NCBI GenBank assembly: GCA_038134595.1 | Contig: JAYPVM010000004.1 | Span: 133,573 to 197,572 of the forward strand | Direction of reading: 5' to 3' | Origin: Pseudomonadota bacterium | Lineage (GTDB): Bacteria; Bdellovibrionota_C; UBA2361; OMII01 | DNA: 64,000 nucleotides | Shown here: one piece after another, positions 1 to 9,147 of the stretch | Layout of the letters: the number at the start of each line of letters is the position of its first letter | Numbering within the stretch: the stretch's first letter is position 1 | Notes under the pieces: model-generated | What the model was told of the DNA's origin: nothing | Seen by the model: only the letters and a program-made list of their open reading frames with translations | The model's database searches: none | Translations under genes and position numbers: made by a program

Positions 1-93
1 TAGTACACGATGCGGTTAACCGGTTTCGCAGAATTCGGGTGGAGACAGTTGTGTAAGTGTTCTATCGAATAGATGGCGAGAAGGATTTAAGTA

Positions 94-1170
94 ATGGATA
101 AACAAAATTGCACATTTGGTTGTAGGGGCTCGAGTGACAAGATAGGTGTTTTAATCGCGCAACTGGGCACTCCTGATAGCCCCACGCCGAGTGCGCTAAG
201 GCGTTATCTACGTCAATTTTTATCGGATAGGCGGGTTATTGAGGTAAATCGCATACTGTGGTGGATTTTACTTAATTGTATCATTCTGGTTACCAGACCG
301 CGCCGTTCAGCTAAGCTTTATAAGCGAGTGTGGAATAAAGACGGTTCTCCTTTGTTAAGCATTACCAAACAACAAGCTCAAGGGGTAAAGCAACGCCTTG
401 CTGGCTCTTATTCCGGTATAGAGGTTGCATACGGCATGCGCTACGGAAATCCTAGCTTGGAGAGTGCGCTTGATGAACTCATTGCCGCCGGTTGCTCGAA
501 AATACTCTTGTTCCCCATGTATCCTCAGTATGCCGCAGCAACATCTGCTTCGACCTATGATGCAGTGCTCCCCCATCTTTTAAAGCGACGATGGGTTCCG
601 ACGATACGAGTAGCAGAGCCGTATTACGCGCATCCGAGATATATCGGGGCATTGGCGCAGATCATAAATGATCATTTGCAAGGCTTGGATTGGAAGCCAC
701 AACGATTACTATTGTCGTATCATGGTGTTCCTCAAAGGTATGTACGCAATGGAGATCCTTACTGTTGTCAGTGTGTTGAAACAACAGAGGCTCTCATCCC
801 CCTTCTGAAAATCGATCGTGACAGAGTAGTACACACCTTTCAGTCTCGATTCGGGCGGGAGCCGTGGTTGACGCCGTATACCGATGAGACCTTGGAAGAG
901 CTTGCTAGAGATGGTGTAAAGGACTTGGCGATAGCGGCCCCTGGCTTTACCGCAGATTGTTTAGAAACCATCGATGAACTGGGCACTGAGGGGAAAGAGG
1001 AGTTCGATGAAGCTGGTGGAGAGCGATACTCGTTGGTCCCCTGTTTAAATGATCATGATGTCTGGCTTGATGCGATGAGTGCGATCATTATTGAGGAGCT
1101 TGGTTCTTGGTTGAACGGAGAAGGTCGAAATGCCCGAGATTGCGCAATTACGTGTCCTGTTTTTAGGTGA
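94..1170 (+). CDS. hemH: Ferrochelatase
   Basis: Motifs GVLIAQLGTPDSP, YLRQFLSDRRVIE, GSPLL, MRYGNPS, LLSYHGVP, FQSRFGREPWLTPYT, FTADCLETIDEL; AAGGA SD upstream of ATG. Confidence 0.97.
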   Translation: MDKQNCTFGCRGSSDKIGVLIAQLGTPDSPTPSALRRYLRQFLSDRRVIEVNRILWWILLNCIILVTRPRRSAKLYKRVWNKDGSPLLSITKQQAQGVKQRLAGSYSGIEVAYGMRYGNPSLESALDELIAAGCSKILLFPMYPQYAAATSASTYDAVLPHLLKRRWVPTIRVAEPYYAHPRYIGALAQIINDHLQGLDWKPQRLLLSYHGVPQRYVRNGDPYCCQCVETTEALIPLLKIDRDRVVHTFQSRFGREPWLTPYTDETLEELARDGVKDLAIAAPGFTADCLETIDELGTEGKEEFDEAGGERYSLVPCLNDHDVWLDAMSAIIIEELGSWLNGEGRNARDCAITCPVFR

Positions 1171-1173
1171 TAT

Positions 1174-2166
1174 ATGAAGAAGTTGCTACAGTTTCTTTTG
1201 GGAATTGGTGTAAGTGTTGGCGCGTTGTTGTGGGCCTTTCGTGAGATTGATTTTGGGCAATTAGAGATCGCGTTTCTATCGATATCATGGTGGCCTATCG
1301 GCCCCTTTGTAGCTTTGTACGGCTTTCATTTTTTGTTCCGAGCGATGCGCTGGAGACTCTTGCTACCAGACTCAAAAGAACAACGGCCCTCTATCCGTAT
1401 GTTATTTGACTCAATTATGTTGGGTAATTTAGCCACTTTTTTGCTTCCATTTCGGTTGGGGGAGTTTATCAGGCCATTGGTTTTAACTCGTTGGTCGGAG
1501 TACCGGTTTGGAGCTGCATTTGTGTCTGTTGTAATTGAACGATTTTTTGATTTATCAAGTGCATTACTGTCGTTTGTGTTTGTGCTGTGTGTTATACCCG
1601 GCATTCCAGGATGGTTGCAGGTTACTGCATATGCACTAGGAACTATGGCTTTGGTATTGTTGCTATTTCTTGCCTGTGGATGCTTGTTTCCGAGCGGTAT
1701 CGAAACAGTAATAGTAACCGTTATGCGCCCGATTCCTACAGCGTTTGCAAGACCGGTGGAAAGATTTCTCATCGACCTAGTACATGGTACGAGTGTGATA
1801 AAAACACCAAAGCGCCTCATATCTATTTTAGTTTTAACTTCGGCGGTGTGGATGACTACCTTTCTCCAGTTTTATACATTGCTGTTTATGTTTCCTGGCG
1901 AAAATACATCGTTTGCACTTGCGATGACCTTGGGTGTGTTTGTAGCCCTGGCAGTTGCGGCACCTTCTGTTCCGGGATTCTTGGGAGTTTTTCAGCTCGG
2001 ATGTATCGCAGCGTTTGATTTGGTAGCGTATCCGCCCTCCTTAGCGCAGGTCTATTCAATCGTAACACACGGCCTTACGTATATTGCAATTGTTGGCGTC
2101 GGAGCATTAATTCTTATGGTGCATAATTTAAGTCTCTTTGAGCTGAAGCGGGCAGTAGAGAAGTAA
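1174..2166 (+). CDS. Lysylphosphatidylglycerol synthase TM-domain / flippase-like membrane protein (UPF0104)
   Basis: Multi-TM protein with RAMRWRLLL, LPFRLGEFIR, SVVIERFFD and PSVPGFLGVFQ family motifs. Confidence 0.85.
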   Translation: MKKLLQFLLGIGVSVGALLWAFREIDFGQLEIAFLSISWWPIGPFVALYGFHFLFRAMRWRLLLPDSKEQRPSIRMLFDSIMLGNLATFLLPFRLGEFIRPLVLTRWSEYRFGAAFVSVVIERFFDLSSALLSFVFVLCVIPGIPGWLQVTAYALGTMALVLLLFLACGCLFPSGIETVIVTVMRPIPTAFARPVERFLIDLVHGTSVIKTPKRLISILVLTSAVWMTTFLQFYTLLFMFPGENTSFALAMTLGVFVALAVAAPSVPGFLGVFQLGCIAAFDLVAYPPSLAQVYSIVTHGLTYIAIVGVGALILMVHNLSLFELKRAVEK

Positions 2167-2177
2167 AGTTACGTCTT

Positions 2178-3320
2178 TTATTGCTCCAGCGCTTCTTTGA
2201 AATCTGTTAGTGACAGAATTTTAATAACGCCCGGTTTAGATAGATCGAGATAACCTGAACGCTCTAGGTTTTTGGTGACTCGAATAGCTGTCTCCGGGGT
2301 TGTTCCCGTAAGATCTGCAAGCTCCTTTCGTGTCAGAAAAATCCTTGTTTGTTCGGCAATACTTGTAGGTCGTCCAAATCGCGGGGCAAGCGCAAGAAGT
2401 GTAGCAATAATACGACTCTCAACTCTTGAGTGCGCAAGTCCGAGAGCGAGGTCATTAATGCGACGGCTTTTAACCATTAACTCTTGTGCTATCGAACGGT
2501 ACAGAGTGGGCTGCCGTTCTGCAAGAGCATGTAGAGACGCTATAGGAATCGAGAGCAGCTTTGCGTCTGTTTGACCGCGAATTGCAGTGTCTGGGTCGAG
2601 AGGTTCGAGTGCTCGAAGAATTCCGGTGCTATCTCCGGGAATCAACAGGTCGAGTGTTAACTCTTTGCCCTGTTGCGTTGATTTAACAACAGCAAGACGA
2701 CCCGCGAGCACTAAAAACCCAAAGTTCGGATTTTCACCATCGAGTGATAAATACTCTCCTGGAGAGACATCCTGAATAGTTGCAGCCCGGGCCAGGTTAA
2801 TGAGCTCCTTCGAAGGAAGATTTTTGAAAACTTCATTTGTGCGTATCGCTTCGAACTTGACTTCATCAACGCCATCGGGAAGAGCTCCTAGTTTGTCGGC
2901 AATTTCAGGGATTGTGTCGGCCTCCTCTGAATTAACAGCACCGGGAGATGACAGAGTTTTATGTAGTGCGATCTCAATATTTGCACGCAGCTCATTTGGT
3001 TCAAACGGCTTCATGACATAACCCGCTGGTCGAGTAAGTTTGACTCTTTGGAGGGTCGCCTCGTCTGAATGGGCGGTGACGAAAACGATTGGAATCTTGT
3101 GTTGCTTGCTAATCTCCTCAGCCGCCTCTATTCCGTCGATAGTTCCCGGCATCGTGATATCCATGAGAACGACATCTGGAAGCAATTTAGAGGTTGCTTC
3201 TACCGCAGCGGATCCGTCAGATACCTGACCAACGACAGTGTATCCAGCGCTTTCGAGATCATGTGCCATGTCTAGAGCGACAAGTGATTCATCTTCGGCA
3301 ATGAGTATTTTTGTAGTCAT
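2178..3320 (-). CDS. Response regulator: REC domain fused to Crp/Fnr-type effector domain and HTH
   Basis: N-terminal ILIAEDE...VVLMDI...FVTA...KPF receiver; C-terminal LTRKELADLTGTTPETAIRV Crp-type HTH. Confidence 0.88.
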   Translation of the reverse strand: MTTKILIAEDESLVALDMAHDLESAGYTVVGQVSDGSAAVEATSKLLPDVVLMDITMPGTIDGIEAAEEISKQHKIPIVFVTAHSDEATLQRVKLTRPAGYVMKPFEPNELRANIEIALHKTLSSPGAVNSEEADTIPEIADKLGALPDGVDEVKFEAIRTNEVFKNLPSKELINLARAATIQDVSPGEYLSLDGENPNFGFLVLAGRLAVVKSTQQGKELTLDLLIPGDSTGILRALEPLDPDTAIRGQTDAKLLSIPIASLHALAERQPTLYRSIAQELMVKSRRINDLALGLAHSRVESRIIATLLALAPRFGRPTSIAEQTRIFLTRKELADLTGTTPETAIRVTKNLERSGYLDLSKPGVIKILSLTDFKEALEQ

Positions 3321-3619
3321 AGAAAAAAGTTCTCACAATAAAAATTAGACACGAACATATCACAGATAGAACCTAAACGGTGTGTGATACTACTGTGTTG
3401 GTAGTACCGACGTTAACAGGCGGCCATCATTTCTGTAACGAGAGCTAGGTACACGGAAACTCCGCATAGTAGGCCCCGAATGCCAAATAGACAGTAACGG
3501 AAAAAGACCCGATGTTAAACAAAAAGAATAAGTACTGAGACTAGTTGAGTCCGGACTATGATCGTGATTAGGCTCGTGTTTACATTGAGACCAACCAAGT
3601 ATCTTTGTGCCGAGGGTGC

Positions 3620-4579
3620 TCACTGGCTGGGCTCGAAGGTGGAGATCTGTGAGGCCCACTCGGGAAGCAATGACGCTGGTAGTGTAAAGGAGATAAGCTC
3701 TCCCGTAATCGGATGGCTGCAAGAGAGGTGATGACTTACAAGATGTAAATGAGAGGCGGGTTGACCGCAGTAAAAACGGTCTCCTAAAAGTGGAAGACCA
3801 GTACTGGCCGCATGGACACGAATTTGATGTGTTCTTCCGGTTACCGGTTGGGCGCGTAGAATGCTAGGTGCTTTATCCTCAGAGTTGCCGATGCTGAGGA
3901 CTGCAAAGTGCGTCTCTGCGGATTGTCCTTCGACGGTTGACGTTGTTCGGAGTACCGGATGGCGCTGATCTCTTTTGATTCGCAACGTCACTCGTCGCTC
4001 CCTCCAGTTAGGAGTTGCGTGTGATGCACAGAGGTACTGTTTCGTAATGACGCGCTGTTCAAATATTTGTTGTAGCTTGGCATGCGACTGCTTTGATGTG
4101 CTTACTATAACGAGGCCCTGAGCAGAGACATCGAGTCTTGATGGCATGTGGATAGTGGTTTTGAGTTCCTTTTCTGCGGACGACTTCAAGCTAAAGTGGT
4201 GTTGTTCTTTTGCGGGCATGCTTGAAAGACCTGATGGTTTGTAGAGAATTGCTATTCCACTGTCTTGGTAGAGGACGAATCGACTCTCAAATGAAGGGAA
4301 AATTTTATCTGCTTCATAAAAGTTAAACTTTGGCTCGTAGTACTCAATCTTGCATGGATAGGATAGTGAGGTGTTGAGCGGACGGCGTAAGCCGTTGATG
4401 TAGATTCCCCCAAACTCCCACCGATCCTCCCATGAATTCTCAGGTATATGAGGAAGGTTTTTGAGAAGAAACGAGCGTAATGTCGCACCTTGAGAAGGGG
4501 CCTCAAAAATATTCCAGTGCCAATATCGTGTTCGGAGCGCCTCTTCAATTGAGCGTAACTGATCGGCTGTTGATGTCAT
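3620..4579 (-). CDS. RluA-family RNA pseudouridine synthase
   Basis: KPSGL, SRLDVSAQGL (catalytic Asp), TGRTHQIRVH, LLGDRFY. Confidence 0.93.
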   Translation of the reverse strand: MTSTADQLRSIEEALRTRYWHWNIFEAPSQGATLRSFLLKNLPHIPENSWEDRWEFGGIYINGLRRPLNTSLSYPCKIEYYEPKFNFYEADKIFPSFESRFVLYQDSGIAILYKPSGLSSMPAKEQHHFSLKSSAEKELKTTIHMPSRLDVSAQGLVIVSTSKQSHAKLQQIFEQRVITKQYLCASHATPNWRERRVTLRIKRDQRHPVLRTTSTVEGQSAETHFAVLSIGNSEDKAPSILRAQPVTGRTHQIRVHAASTGLPLLGDRFYCGQPASHLHLVSHHLSCSHPITGELISFTLPASLLPEWASQISTFEPSQ

Positions 4580-4636
4580 TGATATCTCGCCAGTATGCTA
4601 GAGGCTAGCGCCACAACTATATTGAACCGTGACAGA

Positions 4637-5287
4637 CTAATTTTTGAATCGTTTGTATTTCTCTACCGATGCTTGAATGCGCGACAATCTCTCGTATAGC
4701 TCTAGAGGAGGTAGCGTTGCACTTAACGGTTCGTTATGGGGTAGTCCGAACGCCTCCTCAAATTTCCGCATCTTTTCTATTCGCACTCCGTCTAAGGCCT
4801 GCTTAAGTTTTGTCCGAATAATCTCAATTCGCTGCATGCGAACGTCTATTAGTTGTCGGAGAGTTCCTACGTTGGTAATCGTTGCAATTTGATCGATGTT
4901 TGCATCCTTGCACCGAGGTATCGAGGCGATATCAAGAACTGCTTGCGCCGACTGAACTGGACGGACACTTGCGTATGATACTTTGCCATTTTCATCTACA
5001 CCGTATGCTGATGCTAGAGAGTCAGGACGTATTGCGCTTTTGGGGACTCTAAAGGAGATGGAGTACAACTTGTCACCAATCATTTGGATTTCAGCGTTCT
5101 GATGTTCCGATGTTGCTGTTGTAGAAAACAGGATTCCTGTTGCCTTTACTGGCTTTGGTTTGGCTTCGAGTTGTACGGTTATCACTGCGTCACTGCTTTG
5201 ACCGTGAGCATATGTGCTACAGAGAGTTATCACGATTGTTAAAAGTGTTCGAATAAGAGGTGTCTTCGAATTCTTTTTCATAGTCAT
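4637..5287 (-). CDS. Hypothetical exported protein (signal peptide, beta-rich region, helical C-terminus)
   Basis: Start moved to ATG 5287 (MTMKKNSK) to avoid overlap; basic N-terminus, hydrophobic stretch, AHG cleavage-like site. Confidence 0.7.
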   Translation of the reverse strand: MTMKKNSKTPLIRTLLTIVITLCSTYAHGQSSDAVITVQLEAKPKPVKATGILFSTTATSEHQNAEIQMIGDKLYSISFRVPKSAIRPDSLASAYGVDENGKVSYASVRPVQSAQAVLDIASIPRCKDANIDQIATITNVGTLRQLIDVRMQRIEIIRTKLKQALDGVRIEKMRKFEEAFGLPHNEPLSATLPPLELYERLSRIQASVEKYKRFKN

Positions 5288-5294
5288 TCTTTCT

Positions 5295-5924
5295 TTAATG
5301 GGTGTTTGTTTCCATAGCACGAATGATCTCAAGAGCCTTTTCAAGTGCATGACTTTCGTGCTCTAAACGTGTTGCCGTGCTAACGAGAGTGGCTACTTCG
5401 CTCTTGTATTCCTTTGTGTTTGAGTTTGAGGGGATTTCAATTTGAAAATCTTCAATGCACTTTCTTTGAATGGAAAACTGATTAGATGTTGTAACCTTAC
5501 CGTCAGGTTGATGAACGATGATTTGGTATGACATCGCAACAAGGGGAGCGGGTATTTGAAGAACGAGCTCCGGATGTCCAGATTTGTTTATCTTGCCCAT
5601 GGGAAATGCAAGGTCGATATATCGACCGTCCTTCGAACCTACTAGTCGAACTTTCGTTTGGACATTGATGGTGTTTCGTAATGCAACAGCTATATCCATA
5701 GCATGTCCTACCGGAGGTATGTCTGCATCCATCATGGGAACGTGGGAGCTGACGATGAGTTTCTCACTGGAATGACCATCTGCATATGCCACATGAAGCA
5801 GTGTGTTTCCTGTGAGTAGGAGTATGACTAAAGATCGTAGCAAGCCCAAACAGCGGATGCTATTAGCGAGTGAGTATAGCTTGTGCATTGGAAAGCGGAT
5901 AGGAAGGTTAGATGTTTGAATCAC
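5295..5924 (-). CDS. Hypothetical exported protein (signal peptide, beta-rich region, helical C-terminus)
   Basis: 209-aa ORF packed between co-oriented genes; hydrophobic segment ending in AYA; start uncertain. Confidence 0.68.
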   Translation of the reverse strand: MIQTSNLPIRFPMHKLYSLANSIRCLGLLRSLVILLLTGNTLLHVAYADGHSSEKLIVSSHVPMMDADIPPVGHAMDIAVALRNTINVQTKVRLVGSKDGRYIDLAFPMGKINKSGHPELVLQIPAPLVAMSYQIIVHQPDGKVTTSNQFSIQRKCIEDFQIEIPSNSNTKEYKSEVATLVSTATRLEHESHALEKALEIIRAMETNTH

Positions 5925-5954
5925 GATATGCCAAAAAAGTTTCTGTTTTGTCGC

Positions 5955-7643
5955 TTACGGGGTGTTGATGACCCATGAGCCACTTTTGCCGGTTACTACA
6001 TCCGTTACTGTACCAGTTATTGTAGCAGATGACATCTCCTGATTAAATTTCAAAATCAAACCATTTGTCCGAAAAATATACTCGTTGCCTGAGTCTTTTT
6101 GAGTTTTAATCTCAGTGGGAACCCATCCTGGAGCCCCTACGATGAGGGTGAGTGTTCCAAGTTTCGGATTTGATAGAAAAGCAAGAGGGGTATTTTCTTT
6201 TGGGAATACTCCTTCGATGATGCCTGAGTGGACGCCTTGAGGTAGGGTGTGGAGACGATGTAAGACAGGTTTTGAAGCGATTGCTGCGGGAGGTGCCTCC
6301 GTAATCTTGGTAGGTGCCTCTATGGCATTATCATGAAACATGGCTCTGATAAAATTAGAGCCTAACAGGATAATGACAGTCAGGAGCGCAAATCCCCCTG
6401 CAATCGTTATAAACGTGGATACGCCCATAGGCCGGAGTGATTGAGCCTTTTTGCCGCGAGATAGGGTGGAGTGTTTTTCCTTAGAAGCAACTGAGTCGCT
6501 CGAAGTCGGCGAGATTCTTCGTGACTCTGACTGACTTTTATGGTGAGTGGAGTCAGTAGCGTGAGGGGCTCGTTTCTGAGGAGTGTTGGATTCGATAATT
6601 GATTTAATTCGGTCTAAATCGATGCGTGCTGTAGGCTCAGATACCGGTTTCTCGGGAGTGTCACTGTTTGCCGCAAGAGCTTCATTGGAGGTAGCGGGAT
6701 TCGGAATGGCAACGTTTTCTTTCTCGCGTTTCGATGCGATCTCACTCTTGTTGTTCATTGAACCTTGCGGATAGTTATACTCAAACGAGGCGCTATCGAG
6801 GGCCTTTTTTGCCTCAAGTGCAGATGAAAAGCGCTCGGTTGTATCGAAAGCTATTAGTTTTCGTATAACGGCCTGAACGTGCAACGGAAGCGAGGTGTTT
6901 GTAATGGCGTTGTCGATGAGCTGGAGATCTTTTCGAGCATTTAGTTGCTCAACTACAGGAAGTTCTTGGAAGGGGTTCTTTCCAGCTGCAATTTCTAGAA
7001 ACGAGAGTCCGAGCGCATATAAATCCGATTGAGTGTCATAACCCGTGCCGTGAATTGTTTCCGGAGGAAGGTAGGCAAAGGTTCCTACTCCCTGTTTGAG
7101 TTCGTCTATACTAAGTTCATCGCCGGGCAAGAGCGCAAGGCCAAAATCCGCCATGCGAATTTCAGACTCCGATAGAACAAGGATGTTTTCTGGCTTAACG
7201 TCTCTGTGTATTACTCCTGTTGCATGAATAAACTCGAGGGCTTCTAGGCATTGTCTTAGGAATAAAGTGATTTGTTCGGCCGGAACTGTTCCACCTAACT
7301 TTTTGGCATACTGAAGGAGGTCTCCGTTTGGAGCATACTCCATGGAGAGGTAACAGATATCATCGACAGAGTGAAAATCATCGAGCCTTACGACGTGCTT
7401 GGTGCGGCACGACACTAATGTTAGAGCTTCTTTCCGTAGCCTTTCGGGGAGGGCTTTGCTGTTGCCCGATGTTGGGCCGTTGCTATCATTTTTTTGAATG
7501 AGAACCTTGAGCGCAACATCTTGACCAGTTCCAGAGATATGCTTGGCGTGATACACCACGCTTTCGGCGCCACGCCCCACTATGGAGAGTATCTCGTATC
7601 GTTGGTCGAAAATCTTCCGTTTTGCTGATTTCGGAAGTGCCAT
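5955..7643 (-). CDS. Membrane-bound Hanks-type Ser/Thr protein kinase
   Basis: VGRGAESVVY, VALK, HRDVKPEN, ADFG, GTFAYLPPE; low-complexity linker; one TM (FITIAGGFALLTVIILLG); C-terminal beta domain; ATG 7643 preferred. Confidence 0.93.
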   Translation of the reverse strand: MALPKSAKRKIFDQRYEILSIVGRGAESVVYHAKHISGTGQDVALKVLIQKNDSNGPTSGNSKALPERLRKEALTLVSCRTKHVVRLDDFHSVDDICYLSMEYAPNGDLLQYAKKLGGTVPAEQITLFLRQCLEALEFIHATGVIHRDVKPENILVLSESEIRMADFGLALLPGDELSIDELKQGVGTFAYLPPETIHGTGYDTQSDLYALGLSFLEIAAGKNPFQELPVVEQLNARKDLQLIDNAITNTSLPLHVQAVIRKLIAFDTTERFSSALEAKKALDSASFEYNYPQGSMNNKSEIASKREKENVAIPNPATSNEALAANSDTPEKPVSEPTARIDLDRIKSIIESNTPQKRAPHATDSTHHKSQSESRRISPTSSDSVASKEKHSTLSRGKKAQSLRPMGVSTFITIAGGFALLTVIILLGSNFIRAMFHDNAIEAPTKITEAPPAAIASKPVLHRLHTLPQGVHSGIIEGVFPKENTPLAFLSNPKLGTLTLIVGAPGWVPTEIKTQKDSGNEYIFRTNGLILKFNQEMSSATITGTVTDVVTGKSGSWVINTP

Positions 7644-8010
7644 AAAGCCTCTACGTAAATCCCACACTCCAAGATACTTCCGGTGTGTGTTGGTGTTGGT
7701 TGTCTCGTGCTTTGCCCGAGAGTCCCATCGTGAAAAACTTAGGTTTCCACGATGAATCTACCTGCTTACAAGCTGTTAGACTCTATACTACGCAATTCTA
7801 GTATAAAACTAGCAGTTAGCAAACATTGTTACATTAACTTCTGGTGTTTGAAACTGTTTGCTTCAGTAAAAAGTAGAAAAAACAAATCGCATCCAAGAGA
7901 GGAGGGGCTAAGTTATTGTAGACATCCCGAAGATTGCCGAGGAAAAGTAACTATTCGTATCGAAATGAAATTATTTACTGTTTCTCATTGGAGTGAGGGC
8001 GTTAATGGCT

Positions 8011-8199
8011 CTAGCAGGATGGTGAAAAATGATTTCCTGTTGCACATTTCGATAGTTCGACTGCAACTTCGTTGGAGTCGCCGAAAAAATCCTCAACGTA
8101 TCTCAGTGGATACGCCTCCGGTTTTTTCGTCGTCTCCGCCTCGTTTCGCCAAAACTCTCAAAATGTTCACGACGGAACCTTTCTTCACCACCCTGCTAG
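8011..8199. mobile_element. MITE-like non-autonomous element, copy 1
   Basis: CTAG at both ends; imperfect TIRs CAGGATGGTGAAAAA / TTCTTCACCACCCTG; near-identical inverted copy at 14341-14530; no transposase. Confidence 0.88.
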
Positions 8200-8463
8200 A
8201 GGCTTGTTAAACACGTAGGAAGTGCCCTCAATTCTCGGTGCTAAAACGTATTTACCAGCTCACGTAGAACTCATTTTTGGGTTGTGTGGAGTTGTTGTTT
8301 TCGTGGGAGTGTTGAGGGGTATCCTGCTGTTTTCGACTAGTTGTTTCTTGTGCCCTCTGACTTGAATAATTTGTGGTGATGACGTACCGTCCCAAGTCTC
8401 GACGGATCAATTCGAAGGGTACTCTGGAGGGATCGGTCGTGATAGTATCTCTTTTTAAGATGG

Positions 8464-8508
8464 CCTTCTTTTGGAGGTGACCTTCTTTTGGAGAACCTTA
8501 TTTTTAGA
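8464..8508. repeat. Short degenerate tandem repeat (CCTTCTTTTGGAG core, 2 copies plus 1 degenerate)
   Basis: ccttcttttggaggtga ccttcttttggagaa ccttatttttaga. Confidence 0.7.
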
Positions 8509-8548
8509 CCGTAGCGCTAAGCCCATGGTCGAAATAGGGATTTGTTTT

Positions 8549-8622
8549 GCACCCGTAGCTCAGTTGGATAGAGCACCCGCCTTCTAAGCGGGTTGTCGTA
8601 GGTTCGAATCCTACCGGGTGCG
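8549..8622 (+). tRNA. tRNA-Arg(TCT), CCA not encoded
   Basis: Acceptor GCACCCG/CGGGTGC, D arm GCTC/GAGC, anticodon arm CCCGC-CT-TCT-AA-GCGGG, T arm GTAGG-TTCGAAT-CCTAC. Confidence 0.97.
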
Positions 8623-8656
8623 TTTTTTGTATCCATCTGCAATCTTACTCTTTCTT

Positions 8657-8707
8657 CAAAGTGGTCCTTGTTGCAAATTGGTCCTTGTTACAAAGTGGCC
8701 CTTGTTT
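8657..8707. repeat. 17-bp tandem repeat x3
   Basis: caaagtggtccttgttg caaattggtccttgtta caaagtggcccttgttt. Confidence 0.85.
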
Positions 8708-8741
8708 TTTGAATAGTGGTTGTTTGTATGGTGACGCGACG

Positions 8742-9110
8742 ATGAATACCTTAAATCCTTACCTGGGAATTGCACTTCTGACAGCGCTTTCGGCTGGCTT
8801 TTTAGCGTTTATGGTTATTTTGGCATCGATTCTCGGTCCGAAGAATAAGACCAAAACTAAGCAGATGCCGTGGGAGTGTGGAGCTATCCCGGTGGGTTCT
8901 GTCAAGGATCAGCGCTTTAACGTGCGGTTTTATCTCGTAGCGATGCTTTTTATTCTTTTTGATATCGAAGTTATTTTTATGTATCCATGGGCCGTCATCC
9001 TCGAGGAATTCGGTGCTGTAGCATTGCTTCAGATGTTGTCGTTTATGTTAGTTCTCGCGGTAGGTCTGATGTATGTCTGGAAGAAGGGTGTCTTAAACTG
9101 GAACGACTAG
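8742..9110 (+). CDS. nuoA: NADH-quinone oxidoreductase subunit A (orphan)
   Basis: KQMPWECG, RFYLVAMLFILFDIEVIFMYPWA, YVWKKGVLNW; ATG 8742 gives a typical 122 aa. Confidence 0.95.
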   Translation: MNTLNPYLGIALLTALSAGFLAFMVILASILGPKNKTKTKQMPWECGAIPVGSVKDQRFNVRFYLVAMLFILFDIEVIFMYPWAVILEEFGAVALLQMLSFMLVLAVGLMYVWKKGVLNWND

Positions 9111-9147
9111 CGACGCACAGAAGTGCTTGAGAATCTTTTGAAAATAG

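Noticed and set aside
7752..8210. 152-aa ORF, and the similar 67-aa ORF at 14316-14519
   Set aside because: Their shared peptide (NDFLLHISIVRLQ) is just translation through the MITE copies; the two diverge by frameshift and have no protein motifs.
8549..8622. tRNAs as integration sites of a genomic island or prophage
   Set aside because: No integrase, no duplicated tRNA 3' end seen, and flanking genes are housekeeping.
8661..8741. N-terminal extension of NuoA in the ORF track
   Set aside because: It runs through the 17-bp tandem repeat; ATG 8742 gives a normal-length NuoA.
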